DNA from: Candidatus Woesearchaeota archaeon
GTDB lineage: Archaea > Nanobdellota > Nanobdellia > SCGC-AAA011-G17 > GW2011-AR18
Reading direction: 5' to 3'
Assembly: GCA_964497265.1 (NCBI GenBank)
Contig: CAZCCK010000003.1
Location: 2,972 to 66,971, forward strand
DNA length: 64,000 nt
Below are positions 19,936 through 29,679 of this stretch, piece by piece. The stretch's first letter is position 1. The number at the start of each line of letters is the position of its first letter. The notes below the pieces were generated by a model, which was not told the DNA's origin, searched no databases, and saw only the letters and a list, made by a program, of their open reading frames with translations. A program made the translations under genes and the position numbers.

Positions 19936-20286
19936 CTATCTACAAGGGGTAGAACTTCTGTAAAGCGTTCCTTGAGGATTAAGGCAAGCGTAAGCGTTTC
20001 CTTCTCCAGCTAAATGAGAAATCGTAATAGAATTTCCTTGAACCAGAATTCCAGATTTAGAGGAGAGTAAGATTGGCTCCGTGTTGGAAATGATTTTCGC
20101 TCCAGGATTAAGGGTTTGAATTTTTACTTGGCTAGGATCATGAAGGATTGGTGTTTCTTTTGTCTGGTAGTAGACTGCTGCGCCGGTTAAGGTTCCAACT
20201 AAAGCTGTTGCGAAAACAACAAGCGCGACAAGGAGGAGTAAGAATCCTAATTTATGGTCTTCTGCAGAAACTGTTTGTTTTTTCAT
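19936..20286 (-). CDS. Hypothetical membrane-anchored protein
   Basis: N-terminal TM helix (LGFLLLLVALVVFATALVGTL). A hairpin (CCCCT-7 nt-AGGGG) spans its stop codon. Confidence 0.45.
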   Translation of the reverse strand: MKKQTVSAEDHKLGFLLLLVALVVFATALVGTLTGAAVYYQTKETPILHDPSQVKIQTLNPGAKIISNTEPILLSSKSGILVQGNSITISHLAGEGNAYACLNPQGTLYRSSTPCR

Positions 20287-20339
20287 AAAATCACCTTTTT
20301 TAAAGAATCTTTCTGTAAGGGACTATTTATAGTTTTTGG

Positions 20340-21029
20340 TTAAAGGGTTGTTCTTAATTTTCCTGGATGGATTTCAAAGATTTCTCCTTCGCGTAATAAA
20401 GATTCAAGAAGTTTTTGTACTTCTTCTTTATTAATTCCTGATTGTCCGATGACGAGTTGTTGGTCTGCGCCATTGTTTGTATCCAGTTTTTCAATTAAGT
20501 CCAAGATGGCTTGTCTTTTATTAGAAGGTGTTTCGTTTGTGACTTTTTCTTCAATGACCTGGAAAGTTTCTTCTTCCGAAATAGATGGTTTTGAAGCGAC
20601 TGCTTTAGGAGCGTAAGTTTGTGCTTGGCCATGGTTTTTATCGAGTTCAAGTTTACGTAGTTTTGCCCAGAGAGGATTATCTAGTTTTGTAACAATCTCA
20701 GGAACAAGATAGATTTGGTTGTTAAAGTCTTTCACTTTTGCAACGACGAGAAGAAGGTCTCCGATGGCAAAGCTTGTTAGAAAAGAAGCGTCTTCTTTCC
20801 AGGCTTTAAGTGGAATTTTTCCAGAACCATCATCAATGCTGAGCGTTGCGTAGCTTCCATCTTCTTTAACGTACTTATCTACGATATGACCAATAATGTT
20901 GACGCGAGAAATTTTAAGAGAGCTTACTTCAATATAGTTTGGTTCCCATTCACCGCTGGTGCGAACGTAGTTTCCAGAGAGTAAATTAGAGATCCAGATT
21001 TGGTATGCGGTTTGTCGTTGTGGTTCCAT
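20340..21029 (-). CDS. RPA32-like protein: N-terminal OB-fold plus C-terminal winged helix, immediately downstream of MCM
   Basis: OB-like segment (VNIIGHIVDK...ATLSIDDGSGKIPLKAW) and a C-terminal wH-like QQLVIGQSGINKEEVQKLLESLLREGEIFEI. Its start codon lies 2 nt from the MCM stop. Confidence 0.5.
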   Translation of the reverse strand: MEPQRQTAYQIWISNLLSGNYVRTSGEWEPNYIEVSSLKISRVNIIGHIVDKYVKEDGSYATLSIDDGSGKIPLKAWKEDASFLTSFAIGDLLLVVAKVKDFNNQIYLVPEIVTKLDNPLWAKLRKLELDKNHGQAQTYAPKAVASKPSISEEETFQVIEEKVTNETPSNKRQAILDLIEKLDTNNGADQQLVIGQSGINKEEVQKLLESLLREGEIFEIHPGKLRTTL

Positions 21030-21031
21030 GG

Positions 21032-24000
21032 TTAGATTCTTTGAACAAAGCCTTTTTTAGGTTCAAACATGTCTCCTGATTTTTTTAATTGTTCTATTGA
21101 TTCGTAAACTTTACTTTCTTCGATTCCTTTGACCGCTGCGTCTGCGATAATTTGCTCAATAGGAATGGTCTTTATACCTTTGCTTTCTATACTCAAAACG
21201 ATTTCTTTAATAACATGAATTTTGTTTCTCGCAGAAGCGGTAATTGTAGAAGACATTTTATCAATGTCAATTTGTCCGGTCTCAGGATCAAATCCTACTT
21301 CCATAAGGCAGCTTTTAAGTAGGTTTATTGCGCGTAATGCATCTTCTCTTGTTACTTTTTCGTCTAGGCGCACTTTTGCTGAAGCCTGACTTAATCTAAT
21401 AAGTGCTTCGAGCTGTCTTGCTGAGATGGGGATAGGTTTTACACTCCCTTCTTCTGCTTTTCCTGAATTTCTTAAGCTTACATAAAAATCTTTGATTGCG
21501 GTTGTAGCGGCTTTAGTCATAATGGGAAAGGTATGTTGTTTTGCATAAGCGAGATATTTTCTTAAAAATTCTGGAGTGATTTCTGCTTCGTAATTGAGGT
21601 TTGCTTGTTGAGCTGCTTCAAGAACGTGAAGTGCGATACGTTCATCTTTTTCTTTATTAGGAATATCTCGAATAGGAAAGATTAAATCAAATCGATTAAG
21701 TAAGGAAGGAGGTAAGTCGATTTGTGCGGCAATAGGAGAGTAAGGATCAAATCTTCCCAATTTAGGATTTGCAGCGGCGAGTAAGGTTGTCTGTGCGTTA
21801 AGACAAGCTTGAACATTTGCTTTCGAAATGGTTATGGTATTGTGAAGAACCAATCCTTCGCTGATAAAAGTATGGTTAGGTTCAACCGTAACATCATAAA
21901 CCCATTTAATTCCGTCATTTTTTATCTTCTTAAGAGACTTAACGCGTACTAATCTTAAATCGGAATTAGTAATTGATTTGAGTTTTTCTAATTTTTTTCT
22001 TAGGGTAGTAAGTCTTTGGTTTTTTAAAGAAGTTAAAGTTGAAATGTAACCGGGATCTTTCCTTTGTTCAAGATGATAAATAGTTCCAGTAGAGCATTCT
22101 AGAGCGGTAGCGATTTCAGAAACTTGAATATTAAGTCTTCTTCGAATAGTTTTTGGGTCTGTTTGAGTAGAAACAAAATTTAATCTTCGTTCAATTCTAG
22201 AAAGATGATTTTTAGCAGTAGTGACATGAATATTTTGATTTCTTTTAAGATTAGAGACAAGAGAGCCGTCTGACATTTTAATTTCTTTCAAAAGAGTATT
22301 GAGTTCTTCGACAGGTAAAAAAAGATCTCTATCATTCAATTTATTTTCACTTCTCTGAGCAAGAGCGCGTATTTTTTCGACCCTTTTATCATCTGGTTCA
22401 ACAATAAGTTTTAAAAAAGAGTCATAACTTCCTGAAATAACAACTTTGTAATATTGTTTCTCGCTACGATGTTCAGTAGCGATATAACTCCAAATTCCAT
22501 TCATAAGTAACAAATCAGAATAATTGCAAGCTAATTCAAATGATGAAGTTGAAAAACCAACACGTTCACTATCTACAAAACCGTCTCCTTTAAAGGCAGT
22601 GCGTAGAAATTCGAGTTTGAGAGAATTTTGTAAGGTTCTAACTGAGTTAGGGATTGATTTTTGCGGAGATTTTAAAGTCAGACCAGTAAAGTTCTTTTTA
22701 AAGTAATTATAAAGAGGGACTGAAGAACAATAGATTGTGGATAACGTTTTAGTAGAGTTGGGTTTATTTTCGGGATGGGTAAGGTCATGATTAGTATAAC
22801 ATTGAAATGTAGAATTAAATAAAGAATCCATTTCGTAGGCTAAATTCGGATTTGTGTTACAAACTCCAATTTCGGCAGAGTGGTTTTTAGGATTATAATA
22901 GCTGTATCCTTCAGAGACCACATATCCTAATAGACGAGAAAATTTATTATTAATCGTGGAGGGAAGGGTAATTTTTTTGTGATAGTTAGCGATAGGAACA
23001 GGTTCCAATTGAGAAAGTTGAGAAGTGCAAGGAAGTTTTCTTGGAGCGGGAATAAACATTTCTAAAGATAATTCATTTGCTGGGATTTCAGTATAGCCTT
23101 CTTTAGTAAAGACAAAGAAAGGGTGCTCTGGTGTAACCATAACTTTACGGCCATTACTAAATTCCACTTCAATAAAATGGTCTGGTGCGATATGTCTACT
23201 AACGCGATCAATTTTAGTAGGATAAACCGTATTAAAGTCGGTAGTAAGAACTTCATAGTCCTGCGTATTTAGAATTTCACAGTCTTTACCTCGAATTACC
23301 TTATTTTTATTAGATTCAATGAGCTGGTCGACAAAAAGTCCTATTTTTTGGGTAGTTCCATCACTAAGCATAATTTTAAAGTCGGGGGGGTAGCTTTGCT
23401 GTTCCATTCCCTCATGAAGCGCGGATCTATCCTCATCCGTCATTTTATCAAGTTCGTCTACAACTGCCAAGCCTTTGTTTGCTAAAACTAAAGCGCCTGC
23501 TTCTAATGCCCAACCTCGTAAGAATTCATCTTTTACAACAGTTGCGGTTAGGCCTGCGCCAGATGCGCCTTTTCCAGAAACGAATCTTGCTTTAGGTGCG
23601 GCTTTTGAAATAAACTGAAGCATAGCTGATTTTCCAGCTCCCGGGTCTCCAACAAGTAAAATATGAATATCTCCTCGTGTTGCTGTTCCATCGTCTCTAA
23701 CTTTTCGTACGCCTCCAAAGAGTTGAAGGATAAGTGCTTCTTTAACTCGTTCGTAACCAAAGATACTTGGTGCTACAGATCGAGCAAATTTTTCGAAAGC
23801 TTGTGGATCTTTTGAGAGTTCTTTTATTTTTGCTTCATCTTCTGCTGTGACTTTGATGTCAGAATAATCTTCTTGTACTGTTTCAATGTTATTTCCTTCT
23901 AAGATAATATCGTAACGGGTGGATTGTGCTCCGGTTTTCAGAGGGATGGGTATTTCTTTTATGGAGCCAAAGATGCGAACTTTGTTTCCGGCGGTGACTT

Positions 24001-24613
24001 TTCTTTCCATTTTTGGATCGACTAAGTCTTCGCTTAAGAAGATACTAAGTCTTTTCGGTTGTTCCGCTCCTTCTAGGTTTTCTGGTGCTTCTTCGATTTT
24101 AACATGTTGGACATCAATGAGTTCTTTGTCTAAGAGGCGGAATTTTCCTCTCCATCCGCAGGTGCAGCGCGTTGGTTCTTTGAATTTGCTATCAATTTGT
24201 AGGATCGAAAGGGTGTTGTTACATCCTCCGCATTCAAATTTTGCTTTGGTAACTTGGGGGCGTACGTCTGAGGTTTGTCTGACAATTCCTTCCATCCAGA
24301 CCAATCTGTTGAGGTGTTCGCTTCTTATGTCTGCGATTCTAAGGCGTTGTGTTGGGGGGAGATTGTTGAATCTGATTCTAATTTGGGCTGTTTCTTCCGG
24401 CAGATCCATTTGGTCTAGGGCGTATTCTGCTGATTTGACTGCTTCTTCAGGGTTTTGGAGTAAAGCTTCTGAGAGTTCTGGTTCTGAGCGTGCGAGTTCT
24501 CGAAAATCAAGGACGAGCGATCTTTTTCCTTGTTGAATAGCTTCGTAGAGGTTATTCTTGTAAGTTGTTTCTATGAAGTCTTTGAATTTCTCAATTTGTT
24601 CGTTAACGTCCAT
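21032..24613 (-). CDS. mcm: MCM replicative helicase carrying a 519-aa intein between the Walker B and sensor-1 regions
   Basis: An N-terminal C4 zinc finger (CGGCNN...CTCG), Walker A (GDPGAGKS) and Walker B (VVDELDKM). After the insertion the sequence resumes TITISKANVQACLNAQTTLLAAANP, followed by the Arg finger and a C-terminal wH. N-extein 406 aa plus C-extein 268 aa gives a 674-aa MCM. Confidence 0.9.
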   Translation of the reverse strand: MDVNEQIEKFKDFIETTYKNNLYEAIQQGKRSLVLDFRELARSEPELSEALLQNPEEAVKSAEYALDQMDLPEETAQIRIRFNNLPPTQRLRIADIRSEHLNRLVWMEGIVRQTSDVRPQVTKAKFECGGCNNTLSILQIDSKFKEPTRCTCGWRGKFRLLDKELIDVQHVKIEEAPENLEGAEQPKRLSIFLSEDLVDPKMERKVTAGNKVRIFGSIKEIPIPLKTGAQSTRYDIILEGNNIETVQEDYSDIKVTAEDEAKIKELSKDPQAFEKFARSVAPSIFGYERVKEALILQLFGGVRKVRDDGTATRGDIHILLVGDPGAGKSAMLQFISKAAPKARFVSGKGASGAGLTATVVKDEFLRGWALEAGALVLANKGLAVVDELDKMTDEDRSALHEGMEQQSYPPDFKIMLSDGTTQKIGLFVDQLIESNKNKVIRGKDCEILNTQDYEVLTTDFNTVYPTKIDRVSRHIAPDHFIEVEFSNGRKVMVTPEHPFFVFTKEGYTEIPANELSLEMFIPAPRKLPCTSQLSQLEPVPIANYHKKITLPSTINNKFSRLLGYVVSEGYSYYNPKNHSAEIGVCNTNPNLAYEMDSLFNSTFQCYTNHDLTHPENKPNSTKTLSTIYCSSVPLYNYFKKNFTGLTLKSPQKSIPNSVRTLQNSLKLEFLRTAFKGDGFVDSERVGFSTSSFELACNYSDLLLMNGIWSYIATEHRSEKQYYKVVISGSYDSFLKLIVEPDDKRVEKIRALAQRSENKLNDRDLFLPVEELNTLLKEIKMSDGSLVSNLKRNQNIHVTTAKNHLSRIERRLNFVSTQTDPKTIRRRLNIQVSEIATALECSTGTIYHLEQRKDPGYISTLTSLKNQRLTTLRKKLEKLKSITNSDLRLVRVKSLKKIKNDGIKWVYDVTVEPNHTFISEGLVLHNTITISKANVQACLNAQTTLLAAANPKLGRFDPYSPIAAQIDLPPSLLNRFDLIFPIRDIPNKEKDERIALHVLEAAQQANLNYEAEITPEFLRKYLAYAKQHTFPIMTKAATTAIKDFYVSLRNSGKAEEGSVKPIPISARQLEALIRLSQASAKVRLDEKVTREDALRAINLLKSCLMEVGFDPETGQIDIDKMSSTITASARNKIHVIKEIVLSIESKGIKTIPIEQIIADAAVKGIEESKVYESIEQLKKSGDMFEPKKGFVQRI
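21839..23395 (-). mobile_element. Intein (519 aa) with a LAGLIDADG homing-endonuclease domain inside MCM. It begins with Ser after MEQQ and ends ...VLHN before Thr+1
   Basis: Exteins flank at HEGMEQQ|S...HN|TITISKA. A block A-like LSDGTTQKI, LAGLIDADG-like LLGYVVSEGYSY and FLRTAFKGDGFV, and a C-terminal block G HN with +1 Thr. Confidence 0.75.
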
Positions 24614-24709
24614 GGGCTGATTAAGAGTAGTTTTGGAAACTTAAAAGCTATCTCATGATAGAAAATATATGTGGCGCTTTATAAAAATAACTCTAGAGAA
24701 ACCGAAAGT

Positions 24710-25255
<546 letters not shown>

Positions 25256-25289
25256 AAGATAAATTACAAGGAAAAGTATTTAAAGCTTG

Positions 25290-25299
25290 TTTATAAATA
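25290..25299 (-). promoter_or_regulatory. TATA box (tatttataaa on the minus strand) about 35 nt upstream of the tbp start
   Basis: A/T octamer at the canonical distance upstream of a leaderless-type start. Confidence 0.35.
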
Positions 25300-25313
25300 A
25301 AAGCAAAAATTAA

Positions 25314-28190
25314 TTACTGCCCAGTTAAGATTTTGTTAAAGTAAATTCCGATTTTCTTTCCTTTTATTTCTTCTTGAGAGGTGAAGGAATAAGGTTTGTT
25401 TGGTTCTTTAGATTTTAAGATAATTTTTTTAGCCCCAACCTTCTTTTTTAGGTCTTTAATCCAATCTCCGAAAGAATAATCTGAAGAAAGATAGAGTTGG
25501 ATAGAGTCTTGTTTTTGTAAGCCTGCTTCTTTTCTTAAAGACTGAATTCTTCTAATAAGTTCTCTTGTATATCCTTCTTGTTCTAGTTCTTTAGTGAGGG
25601 TGAAGTCTAAACTTACAGAGCCGTATTCAAAAGTAGCTTGGTCGATTTGTTCTTCAATGGTCTTAGAGGAGATTACGAATTCTATGTTTTTAAGATTGCA
25701 TTGTTTTAAAATTAGGTCTTGTATTTTTTCGATCATTTCTTTCTTAGCAGCATGATCTGAATGGAATGCGACTGTTGCTTTTCTTAGTGGCCAGCGCACG
25801 TTAATTTTATTTTTGTCTCTTAAAGAGAGAATGCTTTGAATAATCATAAGGCAGGTGCCCATTGCTTCTTCTAAGGGAATGTTAAGGAGTTTTTTCTTTG
25901 GTTTTGGCCAAGTCTGAAGATGAATTGATTCTTTTTTATAAAGTTCTAGGTTAATTTTCTCCGTAAAGAAAGGTAAAAAAGGAGCTAAGAGGGTAATTGC
26001 GTCAAAGTAGGCATCATACAGGACGCGTTGGACTCTTTTATCGTCAAGCTTTTCTCTGATAAAGTGGATGTAAGTTTTTGATAAATCAAAAAGTAAGAAA
26101 TTTTTGAGTTCTTCCATCGCTTTATGATATTCTAAATTATCCAAGTAATCGCTCACTTTTTGTTTAAGGTGTTCTCTTTTAGAAAGAACCCATTGGCTTG
26201 CTGGGTCTTTGCTGTAGCCTTTAGCAAGTTTTGTACAATTTTGAGAGACATAGGTAGAAAGATTTTGTATGACAAGTAAATGTTTTTGGATTTCTTTTCC
26301 AGGACCATATCCAAAGTTGAGATGATATTGGGGGTTTTGGCTGCAGTATTGCCAGCGCATAACGTCAGGACCCATTTTTTCTACTGCTTCATCAAACCAT
26401 ATTGCGTTTCCTTTGCTTTTATGCATAGGTTCACCTTTTTCATCGCGTACTTCTTCGTAAGCGAGAATTTTTTTGTAAGGGGTTTTTGCTTCTAAGACGA
26501 CAGACATGAAGAGCTGAGCGTAAAACCAGAGTCGTACTTGCGCACGCATTTCGATTTCAAGGTCTGCGGGGAACCATTTGTTCCAGTAGTTTTTGTCTTT
26601 GAAATAGTTTAAAGTGGAATATGGTACGATTCCTGCGTCAAGCCAGCAGTCTCCAACTTCTTTGATACGTTCTACTTCTTGTCCACAGTTGCATTTTATT
26701 TTTATTTTATCAATCCAAGGACGGTGCAATTCTGGAAGTTTGTCTACGTCTTCCTTGTTAACCGCTTTAACACGTAATTCATCTAAGGAACCTATGACAC
26801 TGAGAAGATTGCACTTAGTGCATTCGTAGAACATGAGTGGCAGTCCCCAGTATCTTTTTCTGGAGATGTTCCAGTCTTCCATGTTGGTGAGCCAGTCTTG
26901 CATAAGTTTTCCTACGTGTTCTGGATACCACACTACCTTTGCTGCTTGTCGTTTCATAAGGGGTCTTACTGGATCGCATGCGATAAACCAAGAATGATCT
27001 AATCTAAAGACGAGTTCTTCTTTACATCTCCAACAGATAGGATAGCGGTGTTTGTAGTTTTCTACTTTGAAAAGAAGTCCCCTATTTTCTAGATCACGAA
27101 CAATTTCTCCTTTTACTTCTTTTACGTTTCTGCCCGAGAGCCATTTGTAGCCAGAGAGATAGTTTCCAAATTCGTCTAAAGGAGAGTTTAAGATTTTAAG
27201 ATTTAATTTTTTTCCAAGTTCGTAGTCTATATCTCCACAGCTTGGTGCAATGTGTACAATTCCTGTTCCATCTTTTTCTCCAACTTCTTCAAAAGGAATA
27301 ATTTTAGGATGAACATCTTTTTGTGCGTCAAAGTCGGGATAAAAGTTCTCGTATTCTAATCCAACTAAGTCTGCGCCTTTAAGATGTCCAAGAACGACTG
27401 CGTCGCTTCCAAGTTTAGAAACAGTCGCTTCTGAAATATAATAAATATCGTTGTCTTTCTTTACTTGAGCGTAGGTAATGTTGGGATTGACTGCTGCGGC
27501 AACATTACTTGAGAGAGTCCATTCTGTGGTAGTCCATATGAGTAAGTATTCGTTTTGTTTTCCTTTGAGTTTTGCTTTGATATAGACTGAAGGGTGGACT
27601 AAGTCGGCATATCCTTCGTCGCTCATTTCATGTTTTGAGGAACTTGTTCCGCAGCGAATGCACCAAGGAAGAATTCTTTTTCCTTTGTAAAGTAAATCTT
27701 TTTCATGACATTTTTTAAGAAAGTGCCAGATTGCTTGGATGTTGTCATCGCTCATGGTGTAATAGTCATTACCCCAATCCATCCATTGACCTAACTGAAT
27801 TGATTGTTCTATTTGGACTTTTGAGAATTTTTCTACACGTTCTCTACATGCTCTTGAGAATTTGTCAAGACCGTGGTTTTCTATGTCTTTTTTGGAGTTA
27901 AATCCGAGTTGTTTTTCTGTTTCTACTTCAAGCCAGAGTCCTTGGCAGTCAAAGCCATTTTGAAATCGTTGATCATATCCTTGCATTGCTTTGTAGCGTT
28001 GATAAAGGTCTTTGAGTGTTCTTCCCCATGCGTGATGAACTCCCATAGGATTATTGGCGGTAATAGGCCCGTCTAAGAAGGAAAAAGGTTTTTTGTTTTG
28101 GTTTCTATTCCGAAGATGAGCAAATGTTTTTTTCTCATTCCAATAAGCAAGAATCTCTTTTTGTGTGGCAAATGAAGAATAGTCAACCAT
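25314..28190 (-). CDS. ileS: Isoleucyl-tRNA synthetase (class I)
   Basis: GPITANNPMGVHHAWGRTLKDLYQRYKAMQGY matches the IleRS HIGH-region pattern. WNISRKRYWGLPL, the KMSKS-like MHKSKGN, and zinc knuckles (CIRCGT, CWRC) are present. Confidence 0.75.
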   Translation of the reverse strand: MVDYSSFATQKEILAYWNEKKTFAHLRNRNQNKKPFSFLDGPITANNPMGVHHAWGRTLKDLYQRYKAMQGYDQRFQNGFDCQGLWLEVETEKQLGFNSKKDIENHGLDKFSRACRERVEKFSKVQIEQSIQLGQWMDWGNDYYTMSDDNIQAIWHFLKKCHEKDLLYKGKRILPWCIRCGTSSSKHEMSDEGYADLVHPSVYIKAKLKGKQNEYLLIWTTTEWTLSSNVAAAVNPNITYAQVKKDNDIYYISEATVSKLGSDAVVLGHLKGADLVGLEYENFYPDFDAQKDVHPKIIPFEEVGEKDGTGIVHIAPSCGDIDYELGKKLNLKILNSPLDEFGNYLSGYKWLSGRNVKEVKGEIVRDLENRGLLFKVENYKHRYPICWRCKEELVFRLDHSWFIACDPVRPLMKRQAAKVVWYPEHVGKLMQDWLTNMEDWNISRKRYWGLPLMFYECTKCNLLSVIGSLDELRVKAVNKEDVDKLPELHRPWIDKIKIKCNCGQEVERIKEVGDCWLDAGIVPYSTLNYFKDKNYWNKWFPADLEIEMRAQVRLWFYAQLFMSVVLEAKTPYKKILAYEEVRDEKGEPMHKSKGNAIWFDEAVEKMGPDVMRWQYCSQNPQYHLNFGYGPGKEIQKHLLVIQNLSTYVSQNCTKLAKGYSKDPASQWVLSKREHLKQKVSDYLDNLEYHKAMEELKNFLLFDLSKTYIHFIREKLDDKRVQRVLYDAYFDAITLLAPFLPFFTEKINLELYKKESIHLQTWPKPKKKLLNIPLEEAMGTCLMIIQSILSLRDKNKINVRWPLRKATVAFHSDHAAKKEMIEKIQDLILKQCNLKNIEFVISSKTIEEQIDQATFEYGSVSLDFTLTKELEQEGYTRELIRRIQSLRKEAGLQKQDSIQLYLSSDYSFGDWIKDLKKKVGAKKIILKSKEPNKPYSFTSQEEIKGKKIGIYFNKILTGQ

Positions 28191-28320
28191 TGAGAACCCC
28201 TAAACCGTCCAGATAAAGTGCATATTTGCCTTATTTTATCCTGATTTATATATTTTATCTATTCTTTTAGCCCGAAAACAAAGTTTTATAAAGATAATCT
28301 CCTTTCCACAGGCGAACAAG

Positions 28321-28653
28321 TTGCCTAAGAGTGACTTAAGGAGCGAAAGAAATATGTATAGAGATGACAGACGAACTTCTGCACCAGTTAAAGCAGGAGA
28401 AGAAATTAATGTAAAAATTGAGGCTGTTGGTGAAAAAGGAGATGGTATTGCAAAAGTAAAAGGCTTTGTAATATTTGTTCCAAACACAAAACAGGGAGAT
28501 GAGGTAAAGGTTCGTGTTACCAAAGTTTTAAAGAAAGTTGCTTTTGGTGAATCGATAGGCGAAGCTACCGGATCTACTGATCAAGAGTCTTCTTCAGAGG
28601 AAGAGGAAACGGAAGAGTCTGAAGACACTGAAGAAATGTCTGAGGAAGAATAA
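28321..28653 (+). CDS. TRAM-domain protein with an acidic C-terminal tail
   Basis: GEEINVKIEAVGEKGDGIAKVKGFVIFVPNTKQGDEVKVRVTKV is a TRAM OB-like domain. The true start may be the internal Met at 28354. Confidence 0.6.
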   Translation: MPKSDLRSERNMYRDDRRTSAPVKAGEEINVKIEAVGEKGDGIAKVKGFVIFVPNTKQGDEVKVRVTKVLKKVAFGESIGEATGSTDQESSSEEEETEESEDTEEMSEEE

Positions 28654-28700
28654 AACTTCCTTTTTTCTTTTTTACTTACTTTTTTACATAAATCTTTATA
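28654..28700 (+). terminator. Oligo-T tract downstream of the TRAM gene; an archaeal-type terminator candidate ahead of the rfcS promoter
   Basis: cttccttttttcttttttacttacttttttac follows the stop at 28653. Confidence 0.25.
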
Positions 28701-28725
28701 TAGAGTGTTTGTTTTTTCCTAAAAG

Positions 28726-29679
28726 ATGAGTTCAAATTTATGGATTGAGAAGTATAGACCTAAAACCTTTGATCAAATAAAGGGTCAAGAGGAGATTGTT
28801 AAGAGGGTTCGAGCTTTTGTTAAATCTGGAAATTTACCTCATTTGTTATTTATTGGCCCCCCAGGGATCGGTAAAACGACTTTGTCTTTAGTTATTGCTA
28901 ACGAATTGTTTGGGGAGAATAAGTCTCAGAATTATTTGGAGTTAAATAGTTCTGATGAAAGAGGGATTGATACAGTGAGGGTAAAGGTGAAGGATTTTGC
29001 GAGAACGAAAGCTATGCTTGATGTTCCTTTTAAGATTATTTTTTTAGATGAAGCTGACGCGTTAACAAGAGAAGCTCAGCAAGCATTGAGAAGGACTATG
29101 GAAGCGTATTCTTCTTCATGTCGATTTATCTTATCCTGTAATTATGGCTCGAAAATTATTGATCCTATTAAGTCCAGGTGTAGTATCTTTAAATTTAAGC
29201 CTTTAGGAAAAGAAAAGTTAAAGAGTTTAGTTGAGGAGATTGCAAAGAGTGAGGACTTGACAATAGAGTCAAATGCGTCTGAGACGATTATTGAGCTTTC
29301 AGGTGGTGATGTAAGGCAGTTAGAGAATATTTTACAGAGTTGTGCTGCGTTGTCAAAAAGTGTTTCTTCAGAATTAATAAAAGAACTTGTTTCTGCTGCT
29401 GAGCCTAAAGGAGTGAAAGAAGCTTTGGAAGTTGCTTTGACTGGAGATTTTGTTACTGCAAGGACGAAATTGTTAGATGCGATGTTGAACAATGGTCTTG
29501 CTGGAATTGATTTAATTAAGCAGATTCAGAAAGAGGTGTGGAATTTGAATATTTCAGATGGCTCAAAATTAAGTTTGATTGAACGGTGTGGAGAGGTTGA
29601 GTTTCGTATGGTTGAGGGTTCTGATGATTTTATTCAGTTAGAGAGTTTGCTTGCGAGTGTTGCTTTATCTAAAAAATGA
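28726..29679 (+). CDS. rfcS: Replication factor C small subunit
   Basis: WIEKYRPKTF, Walker A GPPGIGKTT, and DEAD-like IIFLDEADALT. SRC is present in PIKSRCSIF. Confidence 0.9.
   Translation: MSSNLWIEKYRPKTFDQIKGQEEIVKRVRAFVKSGNLPHLLFIGPPGIGKTTLSLVIANELFGENKSQNYLELNSSDERGIDTVRVKVKDFARTKAMLDVPFKIIFLDEADALTREAQQALRRTMEAYSSSCRFILSCNYGSKIIDPIKSRCSIFKFKPLGKEKLKSLVEEIAKSEDLTIESNASETIIELSGGDVRQLENILQSCAALSKSVSSELIKELVSAAEPKGVKEALEVALTGDFVTARTKLLDAMLNNGLAGIDLIKQIQKEVWNLNISDGSKLSLIERCGEVEFRMVEGSDDFIQLESLLASVALSKK

Noticed and set aside
22524-24536. Plus-strand ORFs inside mcm (22524..22706, 23919..24536)
   Set aside because: They are antisense to a strongly supported MCM/intein coding sequence
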